64,000 bases of DNA from an uncultured Hyphomicrobiales bacterium (GTDB lineage: Bacteria > Pseudomonadota > Alphaproteobacteria > Rhizobiales > Beijerinckiaceae). Positions 43,448-52,492 of this stretch are shown here, one piece after another (the stretch's first letter is position 1; each line of letters begins with the position of its first letter). The stretch spans positions 9,589 to 73,588 of the forward strand of contig CAIYZJ010000007.1 of NCBI GenBank assembly GCA_903930675.1. Direction: 5' to 3'. The position numbers were made by a program, and so were the translations under genes. The notes beneath the pieces are model-generated. The model saw nothing but the letters and a program-made list of their open reading frames with translations, ran no database searches and had not been told where the DNA came from.

Positions 43448-45788
43448 GGCTACTCTGTCCGCCGTTGCTCCTGCAGCAACCATGCCGCTGGTCAACCAGC
43501 CTTTGCCGCATGATGCCGCGATCCGGCATGTGACGGGGGCGGCACCCTATCTCGATGATCTGGACGAGCCGCACGGCATGCTGCATCTGGCGGTCGGCGG
43601 CTCGCCCAAAGCGCGCGGGCGGCTCACGCGGCTTGATCTGCGCGAGGTGATGACCGCCGCTGGCGTTGTTGCCGTGCTCACTTGCGACGATGTACCGGGC
43701 CGCAACGACATTGCGCCCGCTTTTGCCGACGAGCCCTTGCTGGCCACCCAATCCGTGCTGTTTTTCGGCCAGCCATTGTTTCTGGTGATTGCCAAAACCC
43801 GCGATCTGGCCCGCCGCGCGGCGCGGTTGGCTATCATCGAGATCGGGGATGAGACACCGGTTGTCACGGTCGAGCAGGCCTTGGCCCATGACAGCACCGT
43901 CTTGCCCGATTATGCCTTCGGCATTGCCGATGCCTCGGCCCCTTTGGCTTTGGCCGAACAACGGCTGAGCGGCCAGCAGCGCATAGGCGGGCAGGAGCAT
44001 TTCTATCTCGAGGGCCAGATTGCCATAGCCAATCCGCTCGAGGGCGGCGAGATGCATGTGCACAGTTCCACCCAGCATCCGAGCGAGGTGCAACATACTG
44101 TCGCCCGTGTTCTGGGTTTGAGCGAGGCGCAAGTGGTATGCGAGGTGCGCCGCATGGGCGGCGGTTTCGGCGGCAAGGAAAGTCAGGCCACCCAATGGGC
44201 GGCGCTGGCGGCACTGGCGGCCTATCACACCAAACGGCCTTGCAAGATCAGGCTGGACCGCGACGAGGATTTCGTGCTGACCGGCAAGCGTCACGATGCC
44301 CGCGTCGACTGGACCGTCGGCTTTACCCAGGCTGGCCAGCTGACCGCACTCGATATCGCCTTTCTGGCGCGTTGCGGCTGTTCGGCCGATTTGTCGCAAG
44401 GCGTGGTCGACCGCATGATGTTTCATGCCGACAATGCCTATTTCATCCCGTCCGCCAAAATCGCCTCGCGCCGGTTGCGTACCGATACGGTATCGAACAC
44501 CGCCTTTCGCGGCTTTGGCGGCCCCAAGGGGGTACTGGCGATTGAATGTGTGATGTCGGCGGTGGCGGCCAGGCTTGGCATGGATCCGCTCGATATCCGC
44601 AAAGCCAATCTCTATGGACAGCACGGATCTGTCACGCCTTATGGCATGAGTGTGGACTCGTCGGCCACGGGACGCACGGTGATCGAAACGCTGGAGCGCA
44701 CCGCCGATTATCGCGCCCGCCGCGCTGATATTGCGGCCTTCAATGCGCGGTCCTCGATCCTGCGCAAAGGGCTGGCACTGACCCCGATCAAATTCGGGAT
44801 TGCCTTTACCATCAGCCACCTCAATCAGGCGGGTGCGCTGGTCCATGTCTATACCGATGGTTCGGTGCATCTCAACCATGGCGGCACCGAAATGGGGCAG
44901 GGCCTGTTCATCAAAGTCGCGCAGGTGGTGGCCGATGAATTCGGCCTGCCGATCACGGCGGTCAAGGTATCATCCACCCGCACCGACAAAGTGCCCAACA
45001 CTGCACCCACAGCCGCCTCTGCGGGATCGGATTTGAACGGCATGGCGGCGCGCAATGCCGCGCTTTCGATCAAGACGCGGCTGGCCACATTCATGGCGCA
45101 ACAGGCCGGATGCCTGCCCGAGGATGTGGTGTTTGCGGGCGGGCTTGTTCAAGCCAAAACCAAAGACGGCGAAGCCACCCATATGACTTTTGCCGAACTG
45201 TCCAAAGCGGCCTATCTGGCGAGAATTTCGCTGTCAGCGACCGGACATTACAAAACACCCAAGCTGAATTGGGATCGCGCGCGCGGCACCGGCCGGCCGT
45301 TCCATTATTTCGTGTGGGGGGCGGCGTGTTCCGAAGTGCTTATCGATACCATGACGGGCGAGATGCGGGTGGTGCGTGTCGATATTTTGCACGATGTCGG
45401 CCATTCGCTGAATCCGGCGATTGACCGCGGCCAGATCGAGGGCGGCTTTGTGCAGGGCATGGGCTGGCTGACCAGCGAGGAACTGGTTTACGACAGCCAT
45501 GGCCGCCTGCGCACCCATGCACCCTCCACCTATAAAATTCCGGTAGCGTCCGATGTCCCCGAAGATTTCCGCGTCAACCTCTATCAGGAGCCGAACGAGG
45601 AACAGACCATCTATCGCTCCAAAGCGGTGGGCGAGCCGCCTTTGATGCTGGCGAGCTCCGTCTTCTGTGCGATTGTCGACGCCATCCAGTCGCTGGCACC
45701 GCGCCAACAAGTGGTGCTGGATGCGCCCGCCACGCCCGAAGCCATTTTGCGATCCATCGAACAATTGACCGGCGGAGCTGGCCTATGA
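43440..45788 (+). CDS. xdhB: Xanthine dehydrogenase molybdopterin-binding subunit
   Basis: 782 aa. GQEHFYLEGQ, VRRMGGGFGGKE, AFRGFGGPKG and GTEMGQGL motifs of molybdo-hydroxylases. 8-nt overlap with xdhA. Confidence 0.93.
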   Translation: MDEATLSAVAPAATMPLVNQPLPHDAAIRHVTGAAPYLDDLDEPHGMLHLAVGGSPKARGRLTRLDLREVMTAAGVVAVLTCDDVPGRNDIAPAFADEPLLATQSVLFFGQPLFLVIAKTRDLARRAARLAIIEIGDETPVVTVEQALAHDSTVLPDYAFGIADASAPLALAEQRLSGQQRIGGQEHFYLEGQIAIANPLEGGEMHVHSSTQHPSEVQHTVARVLGLSEAQVVCEVRRMGGGFGGKESQATQWAALAALAAYHTKRPCKIRLDRDEDFVLTGKRHDARVDWTVGFTQAGQLTALDIAFLARCGCSADLSQGVVDRMMFHADNAYFIPSAKIASRRLRTDTVSNTAFRGFGGPKGVLAIECVMSAVAARLGMDPLDIRKANLYGQHGSVTPYGMSVDSSATGRTVIETLERTADYRARRADIAAFNARSSILRKGLALTPIKFGIAFTISHLNQAGALVHVYTDGSVHLNHGGTEMGQGLFIKVAQVVADEFGLPITAVKVSSTRTDKVPNTAPTAASAGSDLNGMAARNAALSIKTRLATFMAQQAGCLPEDVVFAGGLVQAKTKDGEATHMTFAELSKAAYLARISLSATGHYKTPKLNWDRARGTGRPFHYFVWGAACSEVLIDTMTGEMRVVRVDILHDVGHSLNPAIDRGQIEGGFVQGMGWLTSEELVYDSHGRLRTHAPSTYKIPVASDVPEDFRVNLYQEPNEEQTIYRSKAVGEPPLMLASSVFCAIVDAIQSLAPRQQVVLDAPATPEAILRSIEQLTGGAGL

Positions 45789-46270
45789 ACTCCATATCCG
45801 AGGATGACAACCGCGCCTTGCAGCGCGCCGTGCAGCTGTCGCAGGAGCGGATGCAGGCCAATCTCGGCGGGCCGTTCGGCGCGGTGATCATGCGCGATGG
45901 CGTGGTGCTGGCCGAGGGCTGGAACGAGGTCACCTCCAGCAATGATCCGACCGCCCATGCCGAGGTGACGGCGATCCGGCGGGCTTGCCTGGCGGTCAAT
46001 GATTTCAGCCTGCAAGGGGCCACGCTTTATACCAGTTGCGAGCCGTGCCCGATGTGTCTGGCCTCGGCCTATTGGGCGCGGATTTCGCGAATCGTCTATG
46101 CCAATACCCGTGACGAGGCGGCCAGCATCGGGTTTGACGATGCTTTTATCTATGATGAAATGCCCAAAGCCCCGCACGAGCGTCAGATTTCGATGGAGCA
46201 CCAGCCGCGCGCCGATGCCAAGGCGGCCTTTGCGGCTTGGGCCGCCAAAACCGACAAAATCGCCTATTGA
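45785..46270 (+). CDS. guaD: Nucleoside/guanine deaminase (CMP/dCMP-type zinc deaminase fold)
   Basis: HAEV and CEPCPMC zinc-binding motifs. About 160 aa, as in GuaD-type guanine deaminases. ATGA-coupled to xdhB. Substrate is inferred from context. Confidence 0.75.
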   Translation: MNSISEDDNRALQRAVQLSQERMQANLGGPFGAVIMRDGVVLAEGWNEVTSSNDPTAHAEVTAIRRACLAVNDFSLQGATLYTSCEPCPMCLASAYWARISRIVYANTRDEAASIGFDDAFIYDEMPKAPHERQISMEHQPRADAKAAFAAWAAKTDKIAY

Positions 46271-46348
46271 GCGGGACGGGGTTTTAAATCCTGACGACAA
46301 GCCGCACAAGTTGTGGCAGGATTTACAAAACAATTTCGGGATGATGCG

Positions 46349-47533
46349 ATGTCGGCCTTTGTTATTGACTGGTTTAACCTCTTTTTGCGCTGGTTCCATC
46401 TGATTGTCGGCATTGCGTGGATCGGTGCGAGTTTCCACTTTGTCTGGCTCGATTTTTCGTTCCGCAAACGCGAGACCATGAATCCGGGTGTCTATGGCAC
46501 CTCATGGCTGGTGCATGGCGGCGGCTTCTATCATGTCGAGAAATATCAGGTCGCCCCGCCGAGCCTGCCCGATGATCTGCACTGGTTCAAATGGGAAGCC
46601 TATCTGACCTTCCTGTCGGGCTTCCTGCTGATGGTGGCGCAATATTACGTCAACGCCTCGTCCTTTCTGGTCGATCCGCAAATTCTGGTGATGACCGGAC
46701 CCGAAGCCGTGGTGATCTCGCTGTTCCTGCTGTTTTCGGGCTGGGTCGGTTATGATTTCCTGTGCCGCTCGGCGATCGGGCGGCATACCGGCTGGCTGGC
46801 GATTTCGGTCTTTGCGCTGATCGTGCTGGAAGGCGTGTTGTTTACCCATGTGTTTTCGGGCCGCGGGGCCTTCATCCATACCGGCGCGATGATCGGCACG
46901 ATGATGACGGCCAATGTGTTTCGGGTGATCATTCCCAACCAGCGTCTCGTGACACGCGATTTGCTGGCCGGCCGCGATCCCGATGCCGAATTGCTGCGGA
47001 TCGGCAAGCAGCGGTCTTTGCACAATAATTACCTGACCCTGCCGGTTTTGCTGTTCATGGTATCCAACCATTACGGCTTTCTCTACAACCATCCGCAGGC
47101 TTGGGCGGTGATTGCGCTGATCGTGCTGGCGGGCGGGCTGATCCGCCATTTCATCAATCGGGTCGATGCGGGTGCTACACCCTCCAGCGTATTCTGGACC
47201 CTGCCGCTGGCAGCCTGCGGCCTGATGGCCACCATCATCATCACCGCGCCGCAATCCGGCTCGTCGGGTCATCGGGATGTGACGGATGCCGAGATGATGG
47301 CGATTGTCGGCACCCATTGTTCGAGCTGCCATGCCCCCAAACCGCGCCATGAAGCCTTCCGTGATTCCGGCCCGCCCAAAGGCGTCTTGCTCGATACGGT
47401 CGCCCATGTGCGGCAGAACCGACAGGGCGTGATGACGCAGTCCGTACAGGGGCGGATCATGCCGCTTGGCAATGAAAGCAAGATGACCGACGAAGAGCGT
47501 GCCACGCTGGGCGCATGGCTGGCGGCACGATGA
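46349..47533 (+). CDS. puuD: Membrane-bound urate hydroxylase PuuD (cytochrome c-containing)
   Basis: LRWFHLIVGIAWIGASFHFVWLD...SWLVHGGGFYHVEKY and multiple TM segments. The C-terminal CSSCH heme c motif matches the PuuD architecture. Confidence 0.85.
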   Translation: MSAFVIDWFNLFLRWFHLIVGIAWIGASFHFVWLDFSFRKRETMNPGVYGTSWLVHGGGFYHVEKYQVAPPSLPDDLHWFKWEAYLTFLSGFLLMVAQYYVNASSFLVDPQILVMTGPEAVVISLFLLFSGWVGYDFLCRSAIGRHTGWLAISVFALIVLEGVLFTHVFSGRGAFIHTGAMIGTMMTANVFRVIIPNQRLVTRDLLAGRDPDAELLRIGKQRSLHNNYLTLPVLLFMVSNHYGFLYNHPQAWAVIALIVLAGGLIRHFINRVDAGATPSSVFWTLPLAACGLMATIIITAPQSGSSGHRDVTDAEMMAIVGTHCSSCHAPKPRHEAFRDSGPPKGVLLDTVAHVRQNRQGVMTQSVQGRIMPLGNESKMTDEERATLGAWLAAR

Positions 47534-48042
47534 CACTGGATGCGATCAATCACCTGTCGCCCGCCGATTTCATCGCCCAATTCGGCGAGATTGCCGAACA
47601 TGCGCCATGGGTGGCCGAACAGGCCGCCAGCCAGCGTCCCTTTGCGGATGCCGATGCGATGGTTGCGGCGTTTCAATCGGCGGTGCTGGCGGCTGACGAG
47701 ACCCGCCAGCTCGAACTGCTGCGCGCCCATCCCGATCTGGCGGGCAAGGCGGCTCTGGCGGGGGAATTGACGGATGATTCCAGACGCGAACAGGCCGGAG
47801 CGGGCCTTGGCAGTTTGACGCCTGCCGAATATGCCGGTTTCCACGCGATGAATGACCGCTATCGGGCGCGCTTCGGCATCCCGTTTATTCTTGCGGTCAA
47901 AGGGGCGGGCAAGCAGCAGATTCTCGACAGCTTTGCCTCGCGGGTCAACGGTACCCAACGCGAGGAACATCTGACCGCACTGGCGCAGGTGTTGCGGATT
48001 ATCCGCTTCAGACTGGAAGCGCGGATCGGGGAGAGCCTATGA
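47530..48042 (+). CDS. uraD: 2-oxo-4-hydroxy-4-carboxy-5-ureidoimidazoline (OHCU) decarboxylase
   Basis: FGEIAEHAPWVAE...LLRAHPDLAGK...S..EQAGAGL....Y..RFGIPFILAVKG is the UraD signature. ATGA-coupled to puuD. Confidence 0.9.
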   Translation: MTLDAINHLSPADFIAQFGEIAEHAPWVAEQAASQRPFADADAMVAAFQSAVLAADETRQLELLRAHPDLAGKAALAGELTDDSRREQAGAGLGSLTPAEYAGFHAMNDRYRARFGIPFILAVKGAGKQQILDSFASRVNGTQREEHLTALAQVLRIIRFRLEARIGESL

Positions 48043-48680
48043 GCAGCGACGCCAAACAGCGCGAGGAAATCTGCCAGATCGGCAAAAGCCTGTTCGACCG
48101 CGGTTTTTGCGTCGGCAGTGCCGGCAATATATCGGTGCGCCTCGAAGATGGCTTTCTGATCACGCCGACCGATGCCTGTCTGGGGCGGCTTGATCCGGCG
48201 CGTCTGTCGAGACTGGACGCTTCGGGCCAGCAAATTTCAGGAGACCGTGCCTCCAAAACCATTGTGCTGCACCGGACAATTTACGAGGCCGGCCCGCATC
48301 TCAATGCGGTGGTCCATACCCATGCCACCCATCTGGTCGGTCTGTCGATACTGGCACAAGGCCCGATGGACAATTTAATTCCGCCGCTGACCGCCTATCA
48401 TGTGATGAAAGCTGGACGCGTGCCGCTTTTGCCCTATCATCGCCCCGGTGATCCGGTTACGGCCGATCTGGTGCGGCCCTTGGTCAACCATTGCCACGGG
48501 GTCATGCTGCCGCGGATCGGCCCGACTTTCTGGCACAAGACCCTATCGGAAGCTTCCGCCGCGCTCGAGGAAGCCGAAGAAACCGCCAAACTTGTTTTTC
48601 TGACACGCGGGCAGTCAGCCCATCCGCTCGATGCGGCGCAATTGTCCGAACTTGAAACCGCCTTTGGCGTGACATGGTGA
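48039..48680 (+). CDS. Class II aldolase/adducin-family protein (3-oxo-tetronate 4-phosphate decarboxylase OtnC-like)
   Basis: GSAGNISVRL.DGFLITPT and VVHTHATH are class II aldolase motifs. It pairs with the four-carbon acid sugar kinase downstream. ATGA-coupled to uraD. Confidence 0.75.
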   Translation: MSSDAKQREEICQIGKSLFDRGFCVGSAGNISVRLEDGFLITPTDACLGRLDPARLSRLDASGQQISGDRASKTIVLHRTIYEAGPHLNAVVHTHATHLVGLSILAQGPMDNLIPPLTAYHVMKAGRVPLLPYHRPGDPVTADLVRPLVNHCHGVMLPRIGPTFWHKTLSEASAALEEAEETAKLVFLTRGQSAHPLDAAQLSELETAFGVTW

Positions 48681-48687
48681 AATAACA

Positions 48688-49962
48688 ATGCTGTTGGGTG
48701 TGATTGCAGACGATCTGACCGGAGCCACCGATGTGGCTTTGATGCTGGCGCGCGAGGGCATGCGGGTGGTGCAAACCGTCGGTGTGCCGCAACATGGCGT
48801 CGCCCTGCCCAAGGCCGATGCGGTGGTGGTGTCGATGAAATCGCGCACCAACCCTGCCGGGGAGGCCGTAGCGTGGTCATTGCAGGCCTGCGATGCCTTG
48901 CGTCATGCCGGAGCGCGGCAAATCCTGTTCAAATATTGCTCGACCTTCGATTCGACCGATCAGGGCAATATCGGCCCTGTGACCGAAGCGCTGATGCGCC
49001 ATCTCGGCGTGGCGTGGACGGTGGCCTGTCCGGCTTTTCCCGAAAATGGCCGCTCGGTCTATCAGGGGCATCTGTTTGTCGGTGACACTCTTTTGTCCGA
49101 CAGTCCGATGAAGGACCATCCGCTGACCCCGATGCGCGATTCCAATCTGGTGCGGGTCTTGGCGCGGCAAACCTCGGTTCCGGTCGGTCTGGTGCCCTAT
49201 CAAACCGTTTCCAAAGGCGCGGCAGCGACCAGGGCGGCTTTCGAGGCTTTGGCACATACAGGGCGCGCCATCGGTGTGGCCGATGCAATCAGCAATCAGG
49301 ATTTGCGGGTGCTGGGCGAGGCGTTTGACGGCCAATTGCTGTTGACCGGTGGTTCGGGCATTGCCTTGGGCCTGCCGGACAATTTCCGGCGGGCCGGCCT
49401 GTTGCCTGCAAGCCGGCAGGCGCATCCGTTTCATGCTCCCGAAGGCCATACGGCTGTGCTCGCGGGAAGCTGTTCGGCGGCGACACGCGGACAGGTGGCG
49501 CATGCCATCGCCCATGGGGTCGAAGCTTTCGCGCTTGATCCGCTGTCGATTGCCAGTGGCGAACAAACGGCGCAAGCCGTGCTGGATTGGGCCAAGCCGC
49601 GGTTGGGGGCCAAGCCCGTTCTGGTCTATTCGACCGCCGAACCCGATGCGGTGCGCGCGGTGCAGGAGCAATTCGGTCGTGACCATTCCGGCCAGATGAT
49701 CGAAGCCTTGCTGGGTGCTGTTGCCATCGGTCTGCACGAGGCGGGTGTCAGCCGTCTGGTGGTGGCGGGTGGCGAAACCTCTGGTGCGGTGGTCACCGCT
49801 CTGGGCGTGTCGATGCTGGAAATCGGCCCCGAAATCGATCCCGGCGTGCCGTGGACCCTGGCCGCCGACGGCAAATCAATCTCCTTGGCGTTGAAATCGG
49901 GCAATTTCGGTACCGTCGATTTCTTCACCAAGGCTTTGACGATGCTTGAGATTGTTCAATAG
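48688..49962 (+). CDS. Four-carbon acid sugar kinase family protein (OtnK-like, former DUF1537)
   Basis: The N-terminus LGVIADDLTGATDVALML is diagnostic of the family. 424 aa. Confidence 0.8.
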   Translation: MLLGVIADDLTGATDVALMLAREGMRVVQTVGVPQHGVALPKADAVVVSMKSRTNPAGEAVAWSLQACDALRHAGARQILFKYCSTFDSTDQGNIGPVTEALMRHLGVAWTVACPAFPENGRSVYQGHLFVGDTLLSDSPMKDHPLTPMRDSNLVRVLARQTSVPVGLVPYQTVSKGAAATRAAFEALAHTGRAIGVADAISNQDLRVLGEAFDGQLLLTGGSGIALGLPDNFRRAGLLPASRQAHPFHAPEGHTAVLAGSCSAATRGQVAHAIAHGVEAFALDPLSIASGEQTAQAVLDWAKPRLGAKPVLVYSTAEPDAVRAVQEQFGRDHSGQMIEALLGAVAIGLHEAGVSRLVVAGGETSGAVVTALGVSMLEIGPEIDPGVPWTLAADGKSISLALKSGNFGTVDFFTKALTMLEIVQ

Positions 49963-50864
49963 GTTTTGGCCCCGCGCACCTGCAGATAGCAGGCATAAAG
50001 CGAGGTGGTGCCGCAAATGAACAGGCGGTTGCGGTAGAATTCGCCGAAGCAGACATTGGCGACCGCTTCGGGCACTTTGATCTTGCCGATCAGCGTGCCA
50101 TCGGGGTGGTAGCAATGCACGCCATCGCCCGCCGAGGTCCACAAATGCCCGCGCTCGTCGAAGCGGAACCCGTCGAACAGGCCATGGGTGCAGGTGGCAA
50201 ACACCGCGCCGCCTGTCAGGCTTTTGCCGTCGACCACATCAAACACGCGGATATGGCGCGGCCCGTCGGGCACATGGGAGGCGCCTGTGTCGACGATATA
50301 GAGTTTGGTTTCGTCGGGTGAAAAGGCCAGCCCGTTCGGCTTGACGAAATCATTGCAGACTACGCCGACCTCGCCCGATTGCGGATCGATCCGGTAGACA
50401 TACGATGCGCCGATTTCGCTTTCGGCCATTTCGCCTTCATAATCGGCGTCAATGCCATAGGTCGGATCGGTGAACCATATGGACCCATCGGATTTGACCA
50501 CGACATCATTGGGCGAATTGAAACGTTTGCCCTGATAGCGGTCGGCCAGCACGGTGATGCTGCCGTCATGCTCGGTGCGGGTGATGCGGCGGCCCAGATG
50601 TTCGGCGCTCAACAGGCGCCCCTGCCGGTCGACCGTATTGCCATTGGCATTGTTGGCGGGCTGGCGGAACACCGAGACATGCCCGTCGGTGCTGTCATAG
50701 CGCATCAGGCGGTTGTTGGGGATGTCGGACCAGACCAGATAGCGCCCGCCCTGAAAATAGGCCGGACCTTCTGCCCAGCGGCAGCCGGAATAGAGCTGCT
50801 CGAGATGCACCGAGCCGTTGATCAGCGGTTGAAAGCGCGGGTCGAGAATCTCGAAAGGCAGCAT
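49956..50864 (-). CDS. SMP-30/gluconolactonase/LRE-family lactonase
   Basis: AEGPAY......LVWSDIPNNR..R.......V.....NNANGNTVD.QGRLL..EH..RRITRTE.DG....LAD.Y.GKRFNSPNDVVV..DGSIWFTDP is the six-bladed propeller lactonase pattern. 7-nt convergent overlap with the kinase gene. Confidence 0.85.
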   Translation of the reverse strand: MLPFEILDPRFQPLINGSVHLEQLYSGCRWAEGPAYFQGGRYLVWSDIPNNRLMRYDSTDGHVSVFRQPANNANGNTVDRQGRLLSAEHLGRRITRTEHDGSITVLADRYQGKRFNSPNDVVVKSDGSIWFTDPTYGIDADYEGEMAESEIGASYVYRIDPQSGEVGVVCNDFVKPNGLAFSPDETKLYIVDTGASHVPDGPRHIRVFDVVDGKSLTGGAVFATCTHGLFDGFRFDERGHLWTSAGDGVHCYHPDGTLIGKIKVPEAVANVCFGEFYRNRLFICGTTSLYACYLQVRGAKTY

Positions 50865-50945
50865 GGGCGTGTCTCCGCAATGGATTGTTGTTATCGGAGA
50901 AGTCTAGCAAAGTGATGTGTAAAGATCATCCCCCCGTTGAACGGG

Positions 50946-52397
50946 TCAGACGGCGGGTCGATGCGGGGTCTTGTTCCAGCCTGCGGGGCAGGTGATGAAT
51001 TCATAGACCGCCATCCAGCCCGCCGCACTCACCAGCAGGAAATAGCAAGGCAGCAACACCAGATCACGCCATTCGGGATCAAGCCCGCGTCTGGTCCCCG
51101 CCATCAGCATCGGCACAAGTATGGCCGGAATGGTGACACCAACCGGCAACAGCACGAACAACCACAGCGGGGCCGCAAACGGCCCCTCGATCACCAGCCA
51201 AGGCAGGGCCATCAGCGTCAGCGGCCAGAACAACACCGACAGCACAAGGCCGAGGCTTTGGATGGCAATCAGCAGGGTTTGCACCACGCCGATCTGGCGC
51301 GCCATGCGCAAGGGTTCGCCCAGATGCACAATGGCGGTGACCAGCCAGCCCTTGAGCCAGCGGCGGCGTTGCATGAACCAGTCGCGCAGGCAATCGGGCG
51401 CGTCTTCCAGCGTGTCGGATGCGAGGTGGCGCACATGCAATCCCAAACGCGCAAACCGGATGCCCAGATCGGCATCTTCGGTGACATTCCACGCATCCCA
51501 ACCGCCCGCCTGTTCGAGGCAGGAGCGGCGGAAATGGTTGGAGCTTCCCCCCAAAGTCACCGGCCATGCGGATAAGCCAAGGCGCGGGATCAGCGCATCG
51601 AATTGCAAGGCATATTCAAACGCGAATACCCGCGCCAGCCAATGTGCCTTGGCGTTGGTGACAACCAGATGGGCTTGCAGACAGGCGAGCCGTTCGCCAG
51701 CCTTTTCAAATTCACAGGCGGCTCGGCGCAACTGGCCGGGGTCGGGCCGGTCTTCGGCATCAAAAACCACAATCAGCGTGCCGCGGGCCTGACCGAGCCC
51801 GTAATTGAGGGCGCGCGGTTTGGTGCGCGGTTGGCCTTCGGGCACCATGACCAAACGGAAGCCGTGCGGCAATGCATGGGCCAGCAAAGCATGGCGGGTC
51901 AATGCATCATCGGCTTCCAGCAAAAACAGGATTTCGAGTCTGTCGGCGGGATAGTCGAGTGTCCCGAGTTTTTCCAGCAACTGGCCGATAATTTCGGGCT
52001 CCCGATAGAGCGGCACCAGCACCGTATAGACGGGAAGACTGTTTTCATTCGTTTCCATTGCGCCATCCTGCTCGGGCAACGGAACCGCCAGCACGCAGAG
52101 ACGGAACACCAGCACCGGCAGGATCATCAGGGACAGGCCGATGCTGACCGACAGATCGAACAACCAGCACAGCCCGCACAATCCGGCAAAAGGTGCCAAT
52201 CCCGCAAGCCGTCGCCACAGCGAGCGCGCCAGCGGCTCTGCCGACCATGGCAGGGTCAGTTTCGGTGCCGTATCCCCGCGATGGAGCGGGGCGGCAATGG
52301 CCAGCAGATCATCATAATCAAACGCGGTGCGCGCCTCCTCCAAGCCGCGCGAAGGGGTGACCCTGTTGTCCTGAGAGCGCGAGGAGTGAGATGACAT
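50946..52397 (-). CDS. Family 2 glycosyltransferase, processive (membrane-embedded) type
   Basis: VLVPLYRE, FDAEDRP, TEDADLG and QRRRWLKGW (QxxRW) motifs, with TM segments at both ends. Confidence 0.85.
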   Translation of the reverse strand: MSSHSSRSQDNRVTPSRGLEEARTAFDYDDLLAIAAPLHRGDTAPKLTLPWSAEPLARSLWRRLAGLAPFAGLCGLCWLFDLSVSIGLSLMILPVLVFRLCVLAVPLPEQDGAMETNENSLPVYTVLVPLYREPEIIGQLLEKLGTLDYPADRLEILFLLEADDALTRHALLAHALPHGFRLVMVPEGQPRTKPRALNYGLGQARGTLIVVFDAEDRPDPGQLRRAACEFEKAGERLACLQAHLVVTNAKAHWLARVFAFEYALQFDALIPRLGLSAWPVTLGGSSNHFRRSCLEQAGGWDAWNVTEDADLGIRFARLGLHVRHLASDTLEDAPDCLRDWFMQRRRWLKGWLVTAIVHLGEPLRMARQIGVVQTLLIAIQSLGLVLSVLFWPLTLMALPWLVIEGPFAAPLWLFVLLPVGVTIPAILVPMLMAGTRRGLDPEWRDLVLLPCYFLLVSAAGWMAVYEFITCPAGWNKTPHRPAV

Positions 52398-52492
52398 CAG
52401 GTATTCCGGTCCCGCAGAAAGAGACAGATTAAATGATGAAAAGACACAATCCACCTGTCGAAAATCGCAGGGCCATGGGGTATAAGGCCCCC

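Noticed and set aside
41891-44879. Minus-strand ORFs of 534 aa (41891..43495) and 505 aa (43362..44879)
   Set aside because: Antisense to xdhA and xdhB. The composition is Arg/Gly/Ala-rich with no motifs.
45785-46270. Gene after xdhB as the expected XdhC accessory protein
   Set aside because: The product is about 160 aa with HAE and CxxC zinc-deaminase motifs. It fits a guanine/nucleoside deaminase, not the XdhC/CoxI family.
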